A DNA stretch of 64,000 nt from NCBI GenBank assembly GCA_021736385.1, contig JAIPFY010000001.1:9457-73456 (forward strand), read 5' to 3'. Source of the stretch: Spirochaetia bacterium. Lineage in GTDB: Bacteria > Spirochaetota > Spirochaetia > CAKZLE01. Shown here one piece after another: positions 60,501 to 64,000 of the stretch; position 1 is the first letter of the stretch, and the number at the start of each line of letters is the position of its first letter. The notes beneath the pieces are model-generated. The model saw nothing but the letters and a program-made list of their open reading frames with translations. It was not told the origin of the DNA and searched no databases. A program made the translations under genes and the position numbers.

Positions 60501-61497
60501 GGACCTGTGAGCTCCCGGTGCGGTCGCGACCGGGAAGATCACTGAAGAGCAGCACCGGAGGCTCATCTCCTGCATGCCGTATCAGTATGAACCCTGATGC
60601 AGAAGCAGTGAGATCTTTGACGATGCGGTAGAGCGACTGTGCGGTCTGTTCGATCTCCCCTGCCATCAGGACCGCCTGTGCCCCCTCATGGAGTGCCGCA
60701 AGTTCCTGATTCTTCTGATGCTCCCGCTGCAGCAGTTCCTGCAGCTGCGCCTCTTCCCATTTTCGTTCGGTGATGTCAGAGAAGACGGTGGTGAACACAC
60801 CCCGTTCGGGAGAGGAGGCTGTGATACTGAGATACTTCTGTGCAGGGGCAAAGAAGGATTCGAAGGAACGTGCGATACCGGTCTCTGCCACCTCCCGGTA
60901 GATATCGAGGAACGGGGCCTCTGCCAGGCCATACGCCTCGCTCGCAGGCCGTCCGATGACAGAATCCCTCTGCAGACCGAGGATCCGCTCGAATCCCGGA
61001 TTGATATCGATGATACGGTAATCGACTGCTGTGCCCTCATCATCATAGATGATCCGATCAAGACAGATGGCACTGTCAGTATGCTCGAAGATCGATCGGT
61101 ACCGATCGAGTTCCTCATCACTGCAGTGGTGTTTTACGATCTTCACAGCAGTACCTGTCGCACCGATGAGTCTCCCCTGTGCATCATACAGCGGTCCGAA
61201 ACTCTCCTGATAGACATCTCTGCCATAGTGCTGCACCAGGGTACTGCAGGTACCTTCGAGAGCGGTTCTCAGGGCAGTCCGTGTGCCTCTGCCGCAGTTC
61301 TCATCGGGGATGATGCGAAGCAGGTCTTCCCCTGCTACAGGGGCATACCCATAGTGCTTCTCGACAAAAGCTCGATAGAGGGGATTGAGATAGGTATAGC
61401 AGCAGTCATGATCGACTGCATACAGCTGCTGTTGAGTCAGACTCTCTATGATAGCTCTATGAGGATCCTGTACATGCATGTCGTCTTCTTTCTTCAT
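57541..61497 (-). CDS. Cytoplasmic hybrid histidine kinase (PAS, GAF, PocR-like, HisKA, HATPase, REC)
   Basis: LAGGIAHDFNNIL, NARDA, PFFTTK, GTGLGL, C-terminal REC; no TM. Confidence 0.93.
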   Translation of the reverse strand: MKKEDDMHVQDPHRAIIESLTQQQLYAVDHDCCYTYLNPLYRAFVEKHYGYAPVAGEDLLRIIPDENCGRGTRTALRTALEGTCSTLVQHYGRDVYQESFGPLYDAQGRLIGATGTAVKIVKHHCSDEELDRYRSIFEHTDSAICLDRIIYDDEGTAVDYRIIDINPGFERILGLQRDSVIGRPASEAYGLAEAPFLDIYREVAETGIARSFESFFAPAQKYLSITASSPERGVFTTVFSDITERKWEEAQLQELLQREHQKNQELAALHEGAQAVLMAGEIEQTAQSLYRIVKDLTASASGFILIRHAGDEPPVLLFSDLPGRDRTGSSQVPPGLLPHIDSVLASGTPVCRQAAEVRTEVQGGLKNDGSLLIVPLHASGLNIGVICLIGSADGYHEHERTITDGIANLLTLALQADISRKKLLASERLYDEFINTHGDLIFVKDEQLRYTIANDALLQFLGKERSEVIGKTDYEIFDPVFADACRKTDLEAMSSPSAVVALERDGQGIFESTKFTMQLESGKFNLGGIIRDVSERIALEASQAKNEQRLQTLVRILEHPARTTREFLKFALEEAIELTESTIGYIYYYHEDREEFVLDTWSGKVMEECEVLDPKTRYDLKHTGLWGEAVRQRKAFIVNDYGAENPLKKGIPEGHVQLSRYMTAPVIIDEQIVAVVGVANRQDPYGQEDLLQLQLLMESVWRETEHRSTQDELKRIAWMLSPQLPGDLAHVTSDRDQGYGDLTELNESGLIRHSIDRETLRNLAADYMDLLGTSSAIYELNGDYAMGIFESGWCRMADQASRELCDTDDNRAALLSGKWLCHESCWNDCSKRAIETEGPVDIICSGGLHLYALPIFSEGQVIGAINFGYGDPPVLQSEQIVIAQRYGIDRNDVFREAAAYASRPPYIIAMAKRRLADTARLIGLLVQEKQYEARQHALSAQLRQSQKMEAVGQLAGGIAHDFNNILQAIMGYTQLLMLDAPPAGELTEGLTEIYACGERASALTRQLLTFSRRQILKPQPLDLNVVIENLKNMLTRVIGEHISLEWYPSADLGTIDADISMMEQVLVNLCVNARDAITTGGIITIETSNVTIDQDFCAVHPWAKPGDFVRLSISDNGIGMTEEIREQIFEPFFTTKSADQGTGLGLSTVYGIVKQHDGVISAYSEPGKGTVINTFYPRSEQMTESSEQPSVEAAAGGSETILVAEDDAGVQRLVLRILERAGYTVLLANDGEEALLLFEQHTDTVSLLLLDVMMPGMGGEEAYEHICRIRADVPVIFATGYSEHAVHTNFVLNEGLRLLQKPYTSHDLLSQIRSALEA

Positions 61498-61722
61498 TGG
61501 TACACCCTGCTGCAGTGAGGAAATCCTTCCTCATTCGTGATTCATCTACCGATCAGTATACCATAAGATACTACCTGATAACAAAAAACAAATAAACAGG
61601 GAAGTCGGTGTTTCAGTGATTATCTGGGACTCAGCACCCGGGCTGTGTCAGTACAGGCGAGGATACGGGCATCAACATGCCCGAACGGTGCAGCCAGAAG
61701 GGGTACACCTCAGCAGGTCCTC

Positions 61723-62808
61723 TTACCGGGAGTCACTGGTCTCATGCAGTTCTTTGGTATACATCTGACGGTAGATATCAAGGGCGGTGATCACGATCGA
61801 AGCGAGGACCGGGCCCACGAGGATCCCGGAGGCACCGAAGAGGCTGAGTCCTCCCAGGATACTGATCAGGATCAGCAGGTCGGGAAGTTTCGCATCCCTG
61901 CCCACGACGATCGGCCTGAGGATGTTGTCGACCAGACCGACGACCAGAGTACCCCAGAGGGTCAGGGCTACAGCGGCGCCGATACGGCCGCTGCTGAACA
62001 GGTAGACAGCTGCAGGTATCCAGATCAGAGGGGCACCGATCCCGGGGATCGCTGAGAGGATCACGACGACCGCTCCCCAGAAGACCGCTCCTTCGATGCC
62101 GGCAAGAGCGAACGGGATGGCGATCAGGACCCCCTGCAGCAGGCCGATGACCAGGATCCCCTTCAGAGATGCTCGGATGACGGTGAACCCCCGATCGAAC
62201 AGCCGCCTGCTGTCCTGGTGCCTGAGCGGGAGATAGGTATACAGGTTGCCGATCGCATCCCTGCCGTAGGCAAGAAAGTAGTACATGGCATAGAGAAAGA
62301 CAAATGCACTGAGGGTGAAGGAGAGCGTACCCTTGGTCAGATCGGGAATACTGTTGACGATCAGATTGCCCAGAGAGGCGATGAGACCCTCTACCTGCTG
62401 TCCGATGGTCTGGCTGTAGGGTTCGATCCATTCCATGAACGGCAGCAGTTCGGTGATGGCGGGAATGAGAGACAGCTCCCCGCTGAACTGCTGACTCACC
62501 CAGGGAGCGACAGCGGTTCCCACCTTGAGGGCCTGCTGCACCACCACGGCGAACAGGCCGATCAGCGGCAGTCCGACCACCAGGATGGCCAGGAGGACCA
62601 GCAGCGCGGCTGCGAGCTGCTTCTTGCCCTTGAAGGCCCGGGTGAGCCGAAGCTGGAGGGGCATCAGCAGTGCTGAGAAGATGATGGCCATCAGGACCGT
62701 GAGGATGAAACTCCTGACCATGAAGAGGAAGACGGCGATGGCAAGAAGCACCAGCGCGATAATGAACTGTCTGCCGATCGTACTGCCTGTTGATTCATCA
62801 GCTGCCAT
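61723..62808 (-). CDS. AI-2E family transporter
   Basis: DNILRP, GGLSLFGASGILVGP, multiple TMs. Confidence 0.9.
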   Translation of the reverse strand: MAADESTGSTIGRQFIIALVLLAIAVFLFMVRSFILTVLMAIIFSALLMPLQLRLTRAFKGKKQLAAALLVLLAILVVGLPLIGLFAVVVQQALKVGTAVAPWVSQQFSGELSLIPAITELLPFMEWIEPYSQTIGQQVEGLIASLGNLIVNSIPDLTKGTLSFTLSAFVFLYAMYYFLAYGRDAIGNLYTYLPLRHQDSRRLFDRGFTVIRASLKGILVIGLLQGVLIAIPFALAGIEGAVFWGAVVVILSAIPGIGAPLIWIPAAVYLFSSGRIGAAVALTLWGTLVVGLVDNILRPIVVGRDAKLPDLLILISILGGLSLFGASGILVGPVLASIVITALDIYRQMYTKELHETSDSR

Positions 62809-62881
62809 GGAGGCCCCCTTCTAGACTGCCGGATACCCTACTGTAGCATGGTATCCGGGTTTAGGGAACGCTTACATGGCA

Positions 62882-63886
62882 TCAGGGCAGATCAAGACTG
62901 AGATCCACCCCACCGGTGATCGAGAACCCCGGGCTGGCAGTACTGGAAAGAGCATCCTGTACGAACAGGGTCCCTTCTCCGTAGAGGAACACCCGCTGCG
63001 AGGGGTATGCATCGATCCTGACCGTACCACTCACGTCGGTATGATCACTACCGTCGTTGATCATATGCTCCTGCATCAGGGAGGGAGAGAACGAGAATGA
63101 CAGACTCCGCTTCGGACTCCAGAGAACGGTCCCTTCGATCCTCCCGGTAAGACTGCTGTTCTGCAGATCAGAGGAACTGCGGTAGAGCATGCCTCCTGTG
63201 AGCTCCCAGGATACGAAGTACCCGGCAAGCCCGAACAGGCTGCACTGTACCTCCGAGATGCTATCGGACCGGTCCTGCTGCTGCCACCGTTCGATACCGA
63301 CATGCACCGAGGGTTCCCAGGTCAGTTCGATCCGGGGACTGCGAGTCAGGCCGGCACTCACCCCGTTGTAGTAGCGATCATCAGCACCTTCGCTCTGATA
63401 CACATAGTATCCTTCATAGGCAAAGAACGGGTTCACCGCCCTTGGTCCTCTATCGAAACGGTACTTGATCTGCCACTGAGGTTCGATATATAAACCTGAT
63501 GTCCCGTCACCGGTTACCGATGTCGATACTGAAGAGAACAGGTCAAGGTATCCGTCAGACAGCGGCGAGGAGAACTCAAGCTCAACATACTCTGTATCAT
63601 ACAGTGATGAGAGATCAGCTGACCCGGTGAGGGCAGCTGTAGCCTTGAGTGCTGCATAGCTGTTGTACGGAAGTGCGGTCCGCCAGCTCACCACGCCGTA
63701 GAGGCCGAGATCCAGAGATTCGCTCAGGTCCTCCTCCCGTTCCATGAGATACTCGCTGTATACTCCTGCAACGATCGACGGGTCTGCCCCGAAGAGCACG
63801 CCCGAGCCTGATGCGGCAATGTACAGCAGGAACACTGCTGCCTGCAGGAAAAGCCGTCTGTGTCTGTTCCATGATCGCATGAACAT
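62882..63886 (-). CDS. Hypothetical exported protein, possible beta-barrel
   Basis: SD AAGGAG before MFMRSW; signal peptide; alternating Ser/Gly/aromatic strands. Confidence 0.6.
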   Translation of the reverse strand: MFMRSWNRHRRLFLQAAVFLLYIAASGSGVLFGADPSIVAGVYSEYLMEREEDLSESLDLGLYGVVSWRTALPYNSYAALKATAALTGSADLSSLYDTEYVELEFSSPLSDGYLDLFSSVSTSVTGDGTSGLYIEPQWQIKYRFDRGPRAVNPFFAYEGYYVYQSEGADDRYYNGVSAGLTRSPRIELTWEPSVHVGIERWQQQDRSDSISEVQCSLFGLAGYFVSWELTGGMLYRSSSDLQNSSLTGRIEGTVLWSPKRSLSFSFSPSLMQEHMINDGSDHTDVSGTVRIDAYPSQRVFLYGEGTLFVQDALSSTASPGFSITGGVDLSLDLP

Positions 63887-63912
63887 CGATATGCTCCTTC
63901 TGATCGTACTCC

Positions 63913-64000
63913 TCAATAGAGTACGACTCGTTCGAGATCCCTCAGGGATCCGGCCTCTTCTGCCGATGTGATGATCCGCTGCACCATCTGATCCGGTGGT
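63913..64000 (-). CDS. C-terminus of an unknown gene truncated by the window edge
   Basis: Reads PPDQMVQRIITSAEEAGSLRDLERVVLY* and stops just before the next SD. Confidence 0.4.
   Translation of the reverse strand, partial: PPDQMVQRIITSAEEAGSLRDLERVVLY

Noticed and set aside
1..64000. tRNA, rRNA, CRISPR array, integrase or phage genes
   Set aside because: None recognised by eye; a tRNAscan/Infernal run would be needed to exclude small RNAs

Overview
Bacterial chromosomal window, probably from an anaerobic Spirochaetota member (inferred from solute-binding proteins with 'FAGGAQE/FAQGQSE/FAQAQSE' signal peptides lacking a lipobox Cys). Contents in order: AfuABC/FbpABC-type ABC transporter with an OmpR two-component pair; a degenerate PIN-like protein; a ~9 kb AT-richer island bounded by a 134-bp direct repeat (6168-6301 / 15323-15456) that carries three IS remnants, a URO-D-fold enzyme, a sugar ABC transporter and a FadR regulator; an acyl-CoA cluster (two acyl-CoA dehydrogenase/ETF sets, CoA transferase, nitroreductase, MarR, carboxyltransferase); LytS/LytTR-cstA; a complete Wsp-like chemosensory operon ending in a REC-GGDEF cyclase; a sugar ABC transporter with a three-component sensor; an unexplained two-gene unit (small protein with an isoprenoid-synthase-like motif and ComX-like tail, plus a membrane-anchored LuxR, behind a three-hairpin leader); fucI/fucU/LacI with tandem operators; Fe-ADH; DUF1295; MtaA-like methyltransferase; a large hybrid kinase; an AI-2E transporter. 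No rRNA, tRNA or CRISPR array seen. The best novelty candidate is the 48723-50308 unit. All assignments come from reading motifs by eye; no searches were run.
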